Shown: positions 1 through 12,400 of the stretch, piece by piece | Position numbering within the stretch: the stretch's first letter is position 1 | Layout of the letters: the number at the start of each line of letters is the position of its first letter | DNA from: Zygnema circumcarinatum SAG 698-1b | Taxonomy: Eukaryota > Plantae > Zygnematophyceae | Direction: 5' to 3' | DNA: 64,000 bases | NCBI GenBank assembly: GCA_037447605.1 | Contig: CM074810.1 | Span: forward strand, 1 to 64,000 | Notes under the pieces: generated by a model | Seen by the model: only the letters and a program-made list of their open reading frames with translations | The model's database searches: none | What the model was told of the DNA's origin: nothing | Position numbers and translations under genes: made by a program

Positions 1-1665
1 ACTCAAACTTTTTGTGCATACGGCGGACTCACTGTAGAGTGACGCTGAGAAATTTCGGTGCAAAAGAATAAAAGACAAAAAAGTTATGTATAACGGAGTG
101 GACGTGTATAGGAACGCAACTTTTTGCACGTGTCACAAAAACGTCCATATCTAAATAGGGAGAACGCCAAATTGACTCAAACATTTTGTGCATACGACGG
201 AATCACTGTAGAGTGACGCTGAGAAATTTCGGTGCAAAAGAGTAAAAGACAAAAAAGTTATGTATAACGGAGCTGACATGTATAGGAATGCAACTCATTG
301 ATGTGTCACAAAAACGTCCATATCTGAATAGGGACAACGCTTAATTGACTCAATCTTTTTGTGCAAACGGCGGACTCACTGTAGAGTAACGCTGAGAAAT
401 TTCGGTGCACAAAACTAAAAGACAAAAAAGTTATGTATAACGGAGTGGACGTGTATACGAACGCAGCCTATAACACGTGTCACAAAAACGTCCATATTTG
501 AATAGGGAGAACGCCAAATGGACTCAAACGTTTTGTGCATACGGCGGACACACAGAAGAGTGACGCTAAGAAATTTCGGAGCACAAAAGTAAAAGACAAA
601 AAAGTTATATATAACGGAGTGGACGTGTATAGGAACGCAACTTATTGCACGTGTCACAAAAACGTCCATATCTGAATAGGGACAACGCTTAATTGACTCA
701 AACTTTTTGTGCAAACGGCGGACTCACTGTAGAGTAACGCTGAGAAATTTCGGTGCACAAAACTAAAAGACAAAAAAGTTATGTATAACGGAGTGGACGT
801 GTATACGAACGCAGCCTATAACACGTGTCACAAAAACGTCCATATTTGAATAGGGAGAACGCCAAATGGACTCAAACGTTTTGTGCATACGGCGGACACA
901 CAGTAGAGTGACGCTAAGAAATTTCGGAGCACAAAAGTAAAAGACAAAAAAGTTATATATAACGGAGTGGACGTGTATAGGAACGCAACTTATTGCACGT
1001 GTCACAAAAACGTCCATATCTGAATAGGGAGAACGCTTAATTGACTCAAACTTTTTGTGCATACGGCGGACACACAGTAGAGTGACGCTAAGAAATTTCG
1101 GAGCAAAAAAGTAAAAGACAAAAAAGTTATATATAACGGAGTGGACGTGTGTAGGAACGCAACCTATTTCACGTGTCACAAAAACGTCCATATCTGAATA
1201 GGGAGAACGCCAAATTGACTCAAACTTTTTGTGCGTACGGCGGACACACTGTAGCGTGACGCTAAGAAATTTTGGTGCAAAAGAATAAAAGACAAAAAAG
1301 TTATGTATAACGGAGTGGACGTGTATAGGAACGCAACTTATTGCACGTGTCACAAAAACGTCCATATCTGAATAGGGAGAACGCTTAATTGACTCAAACT
1401 TTTTGTGCATACGGCGGACACACTATAGAGTGACGCTGAGAAATTTCGGAGCACAAAAGTAAAAGACAAAAATGTTATATATAACGGAGTGGACGTGTAT
1501 AGGAACGCAACTTATTGCACGTGTCACAAAAACGTCCATATCTGAATAGGGACAACGCTTAATTGACTCAAACTTTTTGTGCATACGGCGGACTCACTGT
1601 AGAGTGACGCTGAGAAATTTCGGTGCAAAAGAGTAAAAGACAAAAAAGTTATGTATAACGGAGTG
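1..1665. repeat. 174-bp tandem satellite, segment 1 (about 9.5 monomers, runs off the left edge)
   Basis: The anchor ACTCAA recurs at 1, 175, 348, 522 and 696 (period 173-174). AT-rich monomer with A-tracts. Confidence 0.98.
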
Positions 1666-2452
1666 TGTTGTACGGGCCTAGAGGCCGTACAACGTTTGGC
1701 GCATAGTCTCTAGCGAATAATGAACTAGACGCGAACATGCAAGCCAGCAGGCTGGGTCGCCAACATGCGTGAATGTTCTGGACCGGACACCAAGAGACGG
1801 CATTGAGCCGGACGCAAACATTGATCTGGCGCGCGCGGGCGCGCCAGCCGTCGTCCCACTACTGCCGGGCGTGACGCGAGTGGGCGCGCGCGGAGCGTCA
1901 GCTTCGCAGTGTACGGGCGCGCGAACCCACTACTTCCGACGGGCTCTGACGCGGCCAACTATGGAGGAGACCGGGTCCGCAGACGAGCTGGCTGCTGAAC
2001 GCGCAGCTGGCTGCGGACTGCATGCACCCGCTCAGGGCGGGCGTGACAAGCCGGTCCACAGGACGCTGTCACGTAGCTTAGTCGTAGGAAGTATATAGAG
2101 AGTAGCATTCCTCAGAGTAAATAACCTCATACCACATGCCAATGGGGGTGTGTAGCGAGCTGAGGCCGAGCCTGTAGTTAAGAAGAGGAGTAGTGCTGCC
2201 AGTCTTGGGAAATAGTAAGTGGGGTAGTGCAAGCTGCATTAAGCAGCCAGGGGCTGCTTGAATCTGTTGTACTTCACCTCCAAAGAAAATCAGAGTTTTA
2301 TGCCCGGTGGGGCTTTCTCTATCTTGACGTCTCTTGTCTTGCATCTGTCTTGAGCTTTCCTTTCGCGAACAGCTGCTGCGAAGATGTCTACGACTCAAGA
2401 GCCGAGTGGAGGCGACTCTGTCGAGGGTGGTTCCACCATGGAATTACCAACA
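1666..2452. mobile_element. Solo LTR (787 bp) inserted in the satellite
   Basis: Termini TGTTG...CAACA; 5-bp target-site duplication GAGTG at 1661-1665 and 2453-2457; the monomer resumes in register; no coding domains. Confidence 0.9.
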
Positions 2453-3156
2453 GAGTGGACATGTATAGGAACGCAACTTATTGCACGTGTCACAAAAACG
2501 TCCATATCTGAATAAGGAGAACGCCAAATTGACTCAAACATTTTGTGCATACGGCGGAATCACTGTAGAGTGACGCTGAGAAATTTCGGTGCAAAAGAGT
2601 AAAAGACAAAAAAGTTATGTATAACGGAGTGGACATGTATAGGAACGCAACTTATTGCACGTGTCACAAAAACGTCCATATTTGAATAGGGAAAACGCCA
2701 AATTGACTCAAACTTTTTGTGTATATTGTGGATTCTCCATAGACTATGCTGAGAAATTTCGGTGTACAATAAACCTAAAAGACAAAAAAGTTATATATAA
2801 CAGTGGATGTGATACGAATCGCACCTGCACAGTACGTGTCACAAAAGTATCCCACCCAACAGGGAGACGCCAAATGGACCCATGTCTTTTGTGCATACTG
2901 TGGACACACATAAGAGCCACGCTAACAAATTCTCGGGAGCACAAAAGTAAAAGACAAATAAGTCATATATAACGGAGTGGACGTGTATAGGAACGCAACT
3001 TATTGCAAGTGTCACAAAAACGTCCATATCTGAATAGGGACAACGCTTAATTGACTCAAACTTTTTGTGCAAACGGCGGACTCACTGTAGAGTAACGCTG
3101 AGAAATTTCGGTGCACAAAACTAAAAGACAAAAAAGTTATGTATAACGGAGTGGAC
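2453..3156. repeat. 174-bp satellite, segment 2 (about 4 monomers, one strongly degenerate at about 2720-2960)
   Basis: Same monomer as segment 1. Confidence 0.97.
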
Positions 3157-4151
3157 TGTTAGTGTTAGTGTATGATAGTTAGACATTGTATGGCACACAC
3201 TAACTTGTTGTGGTACTCAGTTTGTAGAACATGAGATCTGCTAGGCGTAGTGCTCTTAGATTTAGGAATGTCGGTGCTCTGACTCAGGTGAGTGCGCCGC
3301 GAGTGCGCGGAGTACGAACGAGCGGCGCTGATTGGACGCGGCGCTGACACACGTGCGCGGAGAACGGAGCCACTTCACTGGTCGAGAGCGCGCCGCGGAT
3401 CCGCGAGACGGACGCGCCGCAACTCCGTCGGTCGCGCGCGACGCCAAACGCGGAAGTGGAAGTTGCGGTGCGGAAATGACATAGAAGATATTTGGCGGCA
3501 AACCGGAATGCGCCACGTGGACGACTCGCAATGTGGGTCCGCGAGTTCGAGTGTACGGCCGAGGTGTCGGCGGGCGAAGACTGGGAAGGAGCGCTGGCGA
3601 AACGGCGAAACTGTACGGACAGGTGTACGAGCCGACAAGAACTAGGTCGGCGCTGCCGGCAGATTCACCGAGGCAGCTAGCCGGCCTTGTGATTCTGAGT
3701 GGTCGCGCACTCCAGCACCACTGTATGAGCCCGCATGTGCATGCGCCACTGACACGTGAGGTGTCATGTCACGGATGCCATATTATATAGTGCATAGCTT
3801 CATTATGAAAGAGCCCATCAGGCATGATCTCGTCAGAGTTTTGGATCCTTTGCCTGCGTGCGCCAGGCTGCCTACACTTGTGTCGTGAGGTAGTGTGGAT
3901 AGGGACCTTGAGAGTGAGAGTTCATTGTGGGAAGATAGTTTTATCTATAAGGAGTTTTGAGAGCTGTAGTTTCTCCCTGCAGATCTCTCAGTGTGATTTC
4001 CGCTGCTGTCTTGTAGCTTCATTCTATTGTTATGGACGACTTAGCCAGAAGAGAGAGCTTTGAGTGTTTGAATGCTTTCATTGTGGAATTTAAGTTTCAA
4101 CTGAGGGCGACACCCAAGGTGGTGCGTAAGTGTGGGAGCACGCTTTAAATA
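3157..4151 (+). repeat. 5' LTR of the copia element (3' boundary approximate)
   Basis: Collinear similarity to 8433-9408; an 86-bp block (3283-3368 vs 8553-8638) has one mismatch and contains an ATTGG (CCAAT) box. Confidence 0.85.
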
Positions 4152-4314
4152 AAGGAAGAGCCAGGCTGGCGAGGAAGACCACGTGAAGTCCCGGCTATTC
4201 GAGGTCTCGATGGTTTGGACTATAGGGGTGGGGAGACGTGTGGTTCCTGCTTGTGGCAAGGGGCTGTCGGGCATGTTGACGCACCATCAAGGCAGCCGGC
4301 CAGCCGCAGGAGCC

Positions 4315-7300
4315 ATGGCGGAGCGGCAGTCGGAGTTCGACACAGCGCTCGCCAGATGGAGGACCAAGGACAACAAGGCCCTCACCCAGATCGTCATGAG
4401 CGTGAGGGGAAGTCCCTCTTCCATGCTGTATGACCTTAAGACTTCACATGCTATGTGGAGATGCTTAGAGGAGATGTATGATGTAAAGGATAACGTAACG
4501 ATAGTCAGCCTTTACACGCAGCTTGGGAAAATGAAGATGTCCTCGGAAGAGAAGTTGAGTGAATATATGGTCAGATTCGCACTCTATGGGAGATATTTAC
4601 AGCGCTGCAAGTTGCTAGAGGAGACTATAAAATCAGCCAACTCCCAGGGGGACTGCCTGGCCGATTTGATGTAGCAGTTGCAGCTCTTAGGACTGTTCTA
4701 ACGAACACCGTGATGACCGACAAGTGAAACGGAGGATCAAAGGAGAGAGCTGTCTAAGACGCTGGAGGACCGATAGAGGTGCTTGGTGCTCACTCACGAG
4801 AAGTTTGAGAGGTAGGGCGCCAGAGATAGACTGTGGGAACGCCGTGCGGAGCGTGTTACACGTGTGGGCAGACGGGGCCACTTCTCGGCGACTGTCACAA
4901 GAACAAGAACACCCAAGATTGGGGTGGAGGGAGCATCGCCATCCGTCAAGAAGGGATTCAAGGGAATCTGCTTTTAATGTAAGACGAGGCCATAAGAGCA
5001 GAGACCGCGAGAGTGGCGGTGGAGGAATGGTCTTATGCCGAGATGAACATTCTGATTTTTGTTGGGGAAGATTCAGGTTGATGGATTTGAGCCGCCATGG
5101 GTGGATCCACTCCGGCGTTCCACGCACATGTGTGGGCGACAGTTGGTGTCTCCACGCTGGACACCTTGGAAGAGGCTCAGTCCGTTGACCGGCAACCGGA
5201 GAGGGAGCCGCAGCCACAAGTAGGTGTAGTAAAGATGATCCTTGGAGGCGGCTCTACCATCTACGAGAGAAAAGAAGAGAAGAAATGGCTCATCGTGACG
5301 CACTTCAGACTCTGACTGGAAAGAGAACTTCATGTCTGGCTAGTTTAGTATGTAAGAGGGGGTACGAAGTCACCTTTAGGAGAAATCTTGTAGTGATCAC
5401 TGAGAGTCGGGGAATGGTGTTTGAGAAACACCATGGAGGCTGGATTACCTTCATTATAGGAGGAAGAAGATGAGGGTGCTGATGGCTTGTACTAAGGGTG
5501 CAGTAAACTTTGGCATCGTAGACTTGGTCATCTAAACCATAGGGGACTGCAACAGCTTGCTGCAAAGGGGCTGGTCCGCGGGTTAGACGTTGACGTAGTT
5601 AAGAAGGAGCTAGGCTTTTGCAAAGAGTGTGTAGAGGGGAAAGCGCACAGAAGACCTTTCTCAGTGGAGAGGAGTCATTCACGCAAGAGGAAACTGGAAT
5701 TGGTCCATGTCTGTGTGGACGCGACACCGGCAATGTGAGGAGTCGCTACTTCATCATGTTCTTTGACGGTTCCCAGGGAAAATCGCTGGAAATTCTCAAG
5801 TATAAATCTGAAGCTTTCGAAGTGTTCAGACGGGAGACTGAGATGGAGTGAGAGAGCGGTTAGACACTGGAGACGCTGCGCTCGGACAACGGAGGGGAAT
5901 TCAAGTTGAGGAGTTTGGCGGCACTTGAAGGTCGCGAAGACAGAACCTAATTTTCTGCTCTTACCCCTCAAAACAATGGAGCTGTAAGGGTCATAGGATT
6001 GTGGGGGACATGGACGGACCATGCTGAGACAATCCCCCTTCCCGGCACCTCCTTTCGGGAGAGGTGGTGATGACTGCACTTACCTTAGAAATAGATGCTC
6101 ATCTTTAAACTTAAAGATCAGGTTTCTTGAAGAGGTGTGGAGTGGGAGGGAACCCACGAGTCCCACCTGGGAGACCTTTGAGCGCGCTGCTGGTCGCAGT
6201 GCCGAAGGCGAGGGAGAGAGGGAGTCACCCCCGAGCGTGGTAGGGTACCTTCTCGGCTACAAGCAGGACAGTCGCACTGACCGGGTGTGGAACCTCCGAC
6301 ACAAACGAGTGAGAAGTCTGAGGATGTGACGGCTATGAGGGGCGGCGCTTGGCTAGGTGAGACCCACCCAAGGCAGGTTTGGAGGACGAGGACGAGGATG
6401 TGGAGACCAGCGAGAGGATGGAGGCCTCTCATGTCCCAGCTTCAGAGGAGATCAGCACGCCTGAGAGCGCGGGAGCTGAGCTTGAAGCAACGCCGAACGT
6501 GGAAGCGGCCGTGGGAGCTGAACCCGAGGAGCCGCAAGCGGGGGAGCCGCAAGCGGGGGAGCCGCAACCTTCAACGGAGACGGCACCACTACAGATTACC
6601 TGTCGGGACGAGGGGAGCCCTGGGCTGAACTGCATCTTCTAGGACGAGTCTGAGGATTTGGGAGATGGTTGGGAAGGGTAGGCTGATGTTGTCGAGTATG
6701 CCTTTGGGTTTGTCCTGGGATCTCTTCAACACTGAGGAGCCGGAGAGCGCAAGGACCTCGGAGGAGCACCCGTGTGGTGAGGAGGCCTGATCACTACAGG
6801 CCTTCACAGACTAACCTAGTACAGGAAAGAGTGCCTACAGACTCAGCGGACCTCGCGGGAGCTGCCCACTGTTTTATGATCACCGGTTGCAAACCTTTGA
6901 GCAGTGTATACGGGGTCGATGGAGAGAGTGGTGAGCAGGAATCGACAGCGAATGGGAAGATTTGCTGGAGACTGAGACGTGACTTGAGGAGCTGCCAGAA
7001 GGAGGGCCATTGGATGCAAGTGGGTGTTCAAGGTGAAGCGAGCGGACGAGTGGTCGGTTGATAAGGCGTGGCTGGTGGTGGGGGAGGGTCTCAGCTTTGA
7101 GGCGATGGAGTCCATATACCAGAGCCTTCGCCCCCGTGGTGAAGTTCAACTCCCTCCGTGCCCTAATATCGATTGCAGCAGCCGAGGGGATGCACGTACA
7201 TCAACTCGATATCAAGACTGCGTTTCTGTACGGAGATCTCGCTGAGGAGATCTACATGGTACAGCCCGAAGGGAAAGTTGTCCCGGGGCAGGAGCATCTC

Positions 7301-8438
7301 GTTTGTCGTCTTGTGAAGAGTTTGTACGGACTGAAACAGGCGCCCAGGATTTGGTACGAGAAAATTGATGACCTCCTGCGGAGTAACGGATTTGCGCGAT
7401 TCGAGACGGATCATTCCGTGTACCGACAAGGAGAAGAGGCGGATCTCATGTACGTTGGGATCTACGTGGACGACCTCATAATGGTGAGCCTCTCATTGAA
7501 GATTAAACCATTGAAGCACTTTTGGAAGCTAACTTCAAAATGTCGGATCTAGGGGAGGCACAGTATCTCCTAGGAATGCAGTTGAAGAGGGGGCAGGACG
7601 GTAGCTTATTTCTTTGTCAGAAGAAGTACGCCGCAGATGTACTTGCCAGGTTCAAAATGGAGGAGTGCCGTCCTTGCTCGAGTTCGATGGAGATCGGAAT
7701 GCGATTGTCGAGAGATATGATGCCGGCGACAGATGCGGAGGTACAGAGAATGTACAGAGTGCCGTACAGATCGGCAATCGGGAGTTTAATGTATCTGATG
7801 ATAGGTACTCGTCCTGACTTGGCAAAAGCCGTGAGCTCAGCAAGTCGGTTCATGGAGAATCCCGGTCCTGAACATTGGGAGGTCGTGAAGCGGATTTTCA
7901 GATTCGTGAAAGGGACCTTGGATTACGGTCTCAGATTTGAGAGGGGGCCAACCAGAGTGATCGGGTACACCGACTCTGATTGGGGAGGTGATGTGGACAC
8001 GTCACGATCGACGTCAGGATTTGTGTTCCTGAACGGAGGAGGCGCGATCTCATGGAGCTCGAAGTTACAAGATTCGGTGGCGCTGTCGAGCACCGAAGGA
8101 GAGTACATGGGAGCGTGCCATGCAGCGGAGTAGGGGATGTGGTTCTACATTCTCTGATGAATGTAAGCAACTATAAACACTATTGACCCTTTACTAACCA
8201 GTCATCTTAGCCTCCATGAGAATCCCCCGTGTTTCATAAGAGAACCAAGCACATTAGGGTGCAATATCATTATGTGCGAGAGTTGGTAGAGGAAGGGATG
8301 ATAGTGGTGAAGTTTGTAGGAACAAAAGAGCAGGCTGCAGACATGTTGACCAAGGGGGTCAGCGGGGAGACACTACTAGTGAACAGCAGGTTGATTGGGC
8401 TAGGGCCCACGAGGGACCGAGGATCAGAGGGACGTTAG
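4315..8438 (+). pseudogene. Copia gag-pol polyprotein, disrupted by frameshifts and stops
   Basis: Gag-like ORF from ATG 4315; frameshifted CCHC knuckle at about 4855-4897; degenerate protease WIxSG..THMC motif at about 5102; LWHRRLGHLN at about 5509; CKECVEGKAHR; LRSDNGGEF at about 5877; RT HQLDIKTAFLYG and YVDD (7058-7552); RNase H GYTDSDWGGD, SSTEGEY and RTKHI, ADMLTK (7522-8438). Confidence 0.95.
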
Positions 8439-9408
8439 TGTTAGTGTATGAAGAGACATTGATGGACATACTAACTGCGTGGGCATCAGTTTGAGAATAC
8501 ATGAGATCTGCCAGGGCGGAGTGTCTCAGAAACATGAATGTCGTGCTCTGACCTCAGGTGAGTGCGCCGCGAGTGCGCGGAGTACGAACGAGCGGCGCTG
8601 ATTGGACGCGGCGCTGACACATGTGCGCGGAGAACGGACGCGCAACTTTGATTGGTCGCGGCGCGGGCGCGAAACGCGGAGCGCAAAGTTGCGGCGCGGA
8701 AACGACATAGAAGATATTTGGCGGCGAACCGGAATGCGCCACGTGGACCACTCGCAATGTGGGTCCACGATCCAGCTACGCCGGTGCTCGGTGGGTCAGG
8801 AGACTGGGAAGGAGCGTGACGGTCTGGGGGCCAGACTGCACGGAGAGGTGTATGAGCCAGAGAATTAGAACCGGCGCTGTTGGAGGTTTACGAGGAGTGA
8901 GTGGGGCTTTGCCACTCCTGAGTGCGTCCACTCAGACTCAGTGCAGGAGTTCTTGCATGTGATGCGACGTGACATGTGTGTCATGTTACGGATGCCATAT
9001 TATATAGCTGCATAGTTTTATTACGGGAAGTAACCTATCTACACTGACCGACTGTCTGCATAAGCCTTGGGTTCTCATCTGTGCCTGCTCGCTACCAGGC
9101 TGCCCAGGCACTTGTGTCGTGAGGGTAGTGAGTGAGAGGGACCTTGAAGTAGTGGGAGAACTTCATTGTGGGAAGACAGTTTTATTATAAGGAGTTTTAG
9201 AGCCGTGAGCTTTCTCCTAACACTCTCTCATTGTGATTTCCGCTGTGCTTGCTTGTAGGCTTCATTTTGCCTGCTTAATGGGATGACTAGTGAAGGCAAG
9301 AGATAGCTTTGAGTGTTTGAATGTCTTCATCCGTGGGAACTCAAGTTCCAATGGAGGGCGACACCCAAGGTGGCGCCGGAAGTGGGGAGCAAACCCTCTG
9401 CTTCAACA
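8433..9408 (+). repeat. 3' LTR of the copia element, preceded by a purine-rich tract
   Basis: Begins CGTTAGTGTTAGTGTATG (5' LTR begins TGTTAGTGTTAGTGTATG) directly after GAGGATCAGAGGGA; ends CAACA before the TSD. Confidence 0.88.
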
Positions 9409-12400
9409 TGGACGTGTATACGAACGCAGCCTTTAACACGTGTCACAAAAACGTCCATATTTGAATAGGGAGAACGTCAAATGGACTCAAACGTTTTGTG
9501 CATACGGCGGACACACAGTAGAGTGACGCTAAGAAATTTCGGAGCACAAAAGTAAAAGACAAAAAAGTTATATATAACGGAGTGGACGTGTATAGGAACG
9601 CAACTTATTGCACGTGTCACAAAAACGTCCATATTTGAATAGGGAGAACGCCAAATGGACTCAAACTTTTTGTGCATACGGCGGACTCACTGTAGAGTGA
9701 CGCTGAGAAATTTCGGTGCAAAAGAATAAAAGACAAAAAAGTTATATATAACGGAGTGGACGTGTGTAGGAATGCAACCTATTGCACGTGTCACAAAAAC
9801 GTCCATATCTGAATACGGAGAAAGCCAAATGGACTCAAACTTTTTTGTGCATACGACGGACACACACTTGACACACGTTGAGAAATTTCGGTGCACAAAA
9901 GTAAAAGAAAATAAAGTTATATATAACGGAGTGGACGTGTGTAGGACCGCAACCTATTGCACGTGTCACAAAAACGTCCATATCTGAATAGGGAGAACGA
10001 CAAATCAATTCAATTTTTTTGTGCATACGGCGGACACACTGTAGCGTGACGCTCAGAAATTTCGGTGCAAAAAAGTAAAAGACAAAAAAGTAATTTATAT
10101 CGGAGTGGACGTGTATAGGAACGCAACCTATTGCACGTGTCACAAAAACGTCCATATCTGAATAGGGAGAACGCTTAATTGACTCAAACTTTTTGTGCAT
10201 ACGGCGGACTCACTGTAGAGTGACGCTGAGAAATTTCGGTGCAAAAGAGTAAAAGACAAAAAAGTTATGTATAACGGAGTGTACATGTATAGGAACGCAA
10301 CTTATTGCACGTGTCACAAAAACGTCCATATCTGAATAGGGAGAACGCTTAATGGACTCAAACTTTTTGTGCATACGGCGGACTCACTGTAGAGTGACGC
10401 TGAGAAATTTCGGTGCAAAAGAATAAAAGACAAAAAAGTTATGTATAACGGAGTGGACGTGTATAGGAACGCAACCTATTGCACGTGTCACAAAAACGTC
10501 CATATCTGATTAGGGAGAACGCTTAATTGACTCAAACTTTTTGTGCATACGGCGGACTCACTGTAGAGTGACGCTGAGAAATTTCGGTGCAAAAGAGTAA
10601 AAGACAAAAAAGTTATGTATAACGGAGTGGACATGTATAGGAACGCAACTTATTGCACGTGTCACAAAAACGTCCATATCTGAATAGGGAGAACGCTTAA
10701 TTGACTCAAACTTTTTGTGCATACGGCGGACTCACTGTAGAGTGACGCTGAGAAATTTCGGTGAAAAAGAGTAAAAGACAAAAAAGTTATGTATAACGGA
10801 GTGACATGTATAGGAATGCATTGCACGTGTCACAAAAACGTCCATATCTGAATAGGGACATGGCTTAAATTGACTCAAGCCTTTGCTTATATGGTGAATT
10901 TACTGTAAAGTGATGTGATAAATTTCGGTGCAAAAGATTAAAAGACAAAAAAGTTAGGTATAACGGAGTGGACGTGTATAGGAACGCAACTTATTGCACG
11001 TGTCACAAAAACGTCCATATTTGAATAGGGAGAACGCCAAATGGACTCAAACTTTTTGTGCATACGGCGGACTCACTGTAGAGTGACGCTGAGAAATTTC
11101 GGTGCAAAAGAATAAAAGACACAAAAGTTATATATAACGGAGTGGACGTGTGTAGGAATGCAACCTATTGCACGTGTCACAAAAACGTCCATATCGGAAT
11201 ACGGAGAAAGCCAGTGCCACTCAACCTTTATTGTGCATACCACGGATACACACTTGACATATGTTAGGATTTTGGTGCACAAAAGTGAAAGAAAATAAAG
11301 CTCACAATGAGTGATGTGTGACCGGATGATTGACGTGTCACAAAAACGTCCATATCTGAATAAGGAGAACGCCAAATTGACTCAAACTTTTTGTGCATAC
11401 GGCGGACTCACTGTAGAGTGACGCTGAGAAATTTCGGTGCAAAAGAGTAAAAGACAAAAAAGTAATGTATAACGGAGTGGACGTGTATAGGAACGCAACC
11501 TATTGCACGTGTCACAAAAACGTCCATATCTGAATAGGGAGAACGCTTAATTGACTCAAACTTTTTGTGCATACGGCGGACTCACTGTAGAGTGACGCTG
11601 AGAAATTTCGGTGCAAAAGAGTAAAAGACAAAAACGTTATGTATAACGGAGTGGACGTGTATAGGAACGCAACTTATTGCACGTGTCACAAAAACGTCCA
11701 TATCTGAATAGGGAGAACGCTTAATTGACTCAAACTTTTTGTGCATACGGCGGACTCACTGTAGAGTGACGCTGAGAAATTTCGGTGCAAAAGAATAAAA
11801 GACAAAAAAGTTATGTATAACGGAGTGGACGTGTATAGGAACGCAACCTATTGCACGTGTCACAAAAACGTCCATATCTGAATAGGGAGAACGCTTAATT
11901 GACTCAAACTTTTTGTGCATACGGCGGACTCACTGTAGAGTGACGCTGAGAAATTTCGGTGCAAAAGAGTAAAAGACAAAAAAGTTATGTATAACGGAGT
12001 GGACATGTATAGGAACGCAACTTATTGCACGTGTCACAAAAACGTCCATATCTGAATAGGGAGAACGCTTAATTGACTCAAACTTTTTGTGCATACGGCG
12101 GACTCACTGTAGAGTGACGTTGAGAAATTTCGGTGCAAAAGAGTAAAAGACAAAAAAGTTATGTATAACGGAGTGGACATGTATAGGAACGCAACTTATT
12201 GCACGTGTCACAAAAACGTCCATATCTGAATAGGGACAACGCTTAATTGACTCAAACTTTTTGTGCATACGGCGGACTCACTGTAAAGTGACGCTGAGAA
12301 ATTTCGGTGCAAAAGAATAAAAGACAAAAAAGTTATGTATAACGGAGTGGACGTGTATAGGAACGCAACCTATTGCACGTGTCACAAAAACGTCCATATC

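Larger units (their letters stand above)
3157..9408 (+). mobile_element. Full-length Ty1/copia LTR retrotransposon, frameshifted as assembled
   Basis: Termini TGTT...CAACA; TSD TGGAC at 3152-3156 and 9409-9413; two LTRs of about 1 kb; domain order gag-PR-INT-RT-RNaseH is copia-type. Confidence 0.97.

Noticed and set aside
53-69. CENP-B box in the monomer (TTTCGGTGCAAAAG...)
   Set aside because: TTCG and the central A match but the required CGGG is absent.
2720-2960. Strongly degenerate monomers (also about 10800-10930 and 11215-11340) as a separate repeat family
   Set aside because: They stay in register with the array and are indel-rich, so old monomers or read error are a simpler explanation.
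4120-4230. Primer-binding site of the copia element
   Set aside because: No clear tRNA complement after the 5' LTR. The TGGCGCC at 9371 lies inside the 3' LTR, so it was not called.
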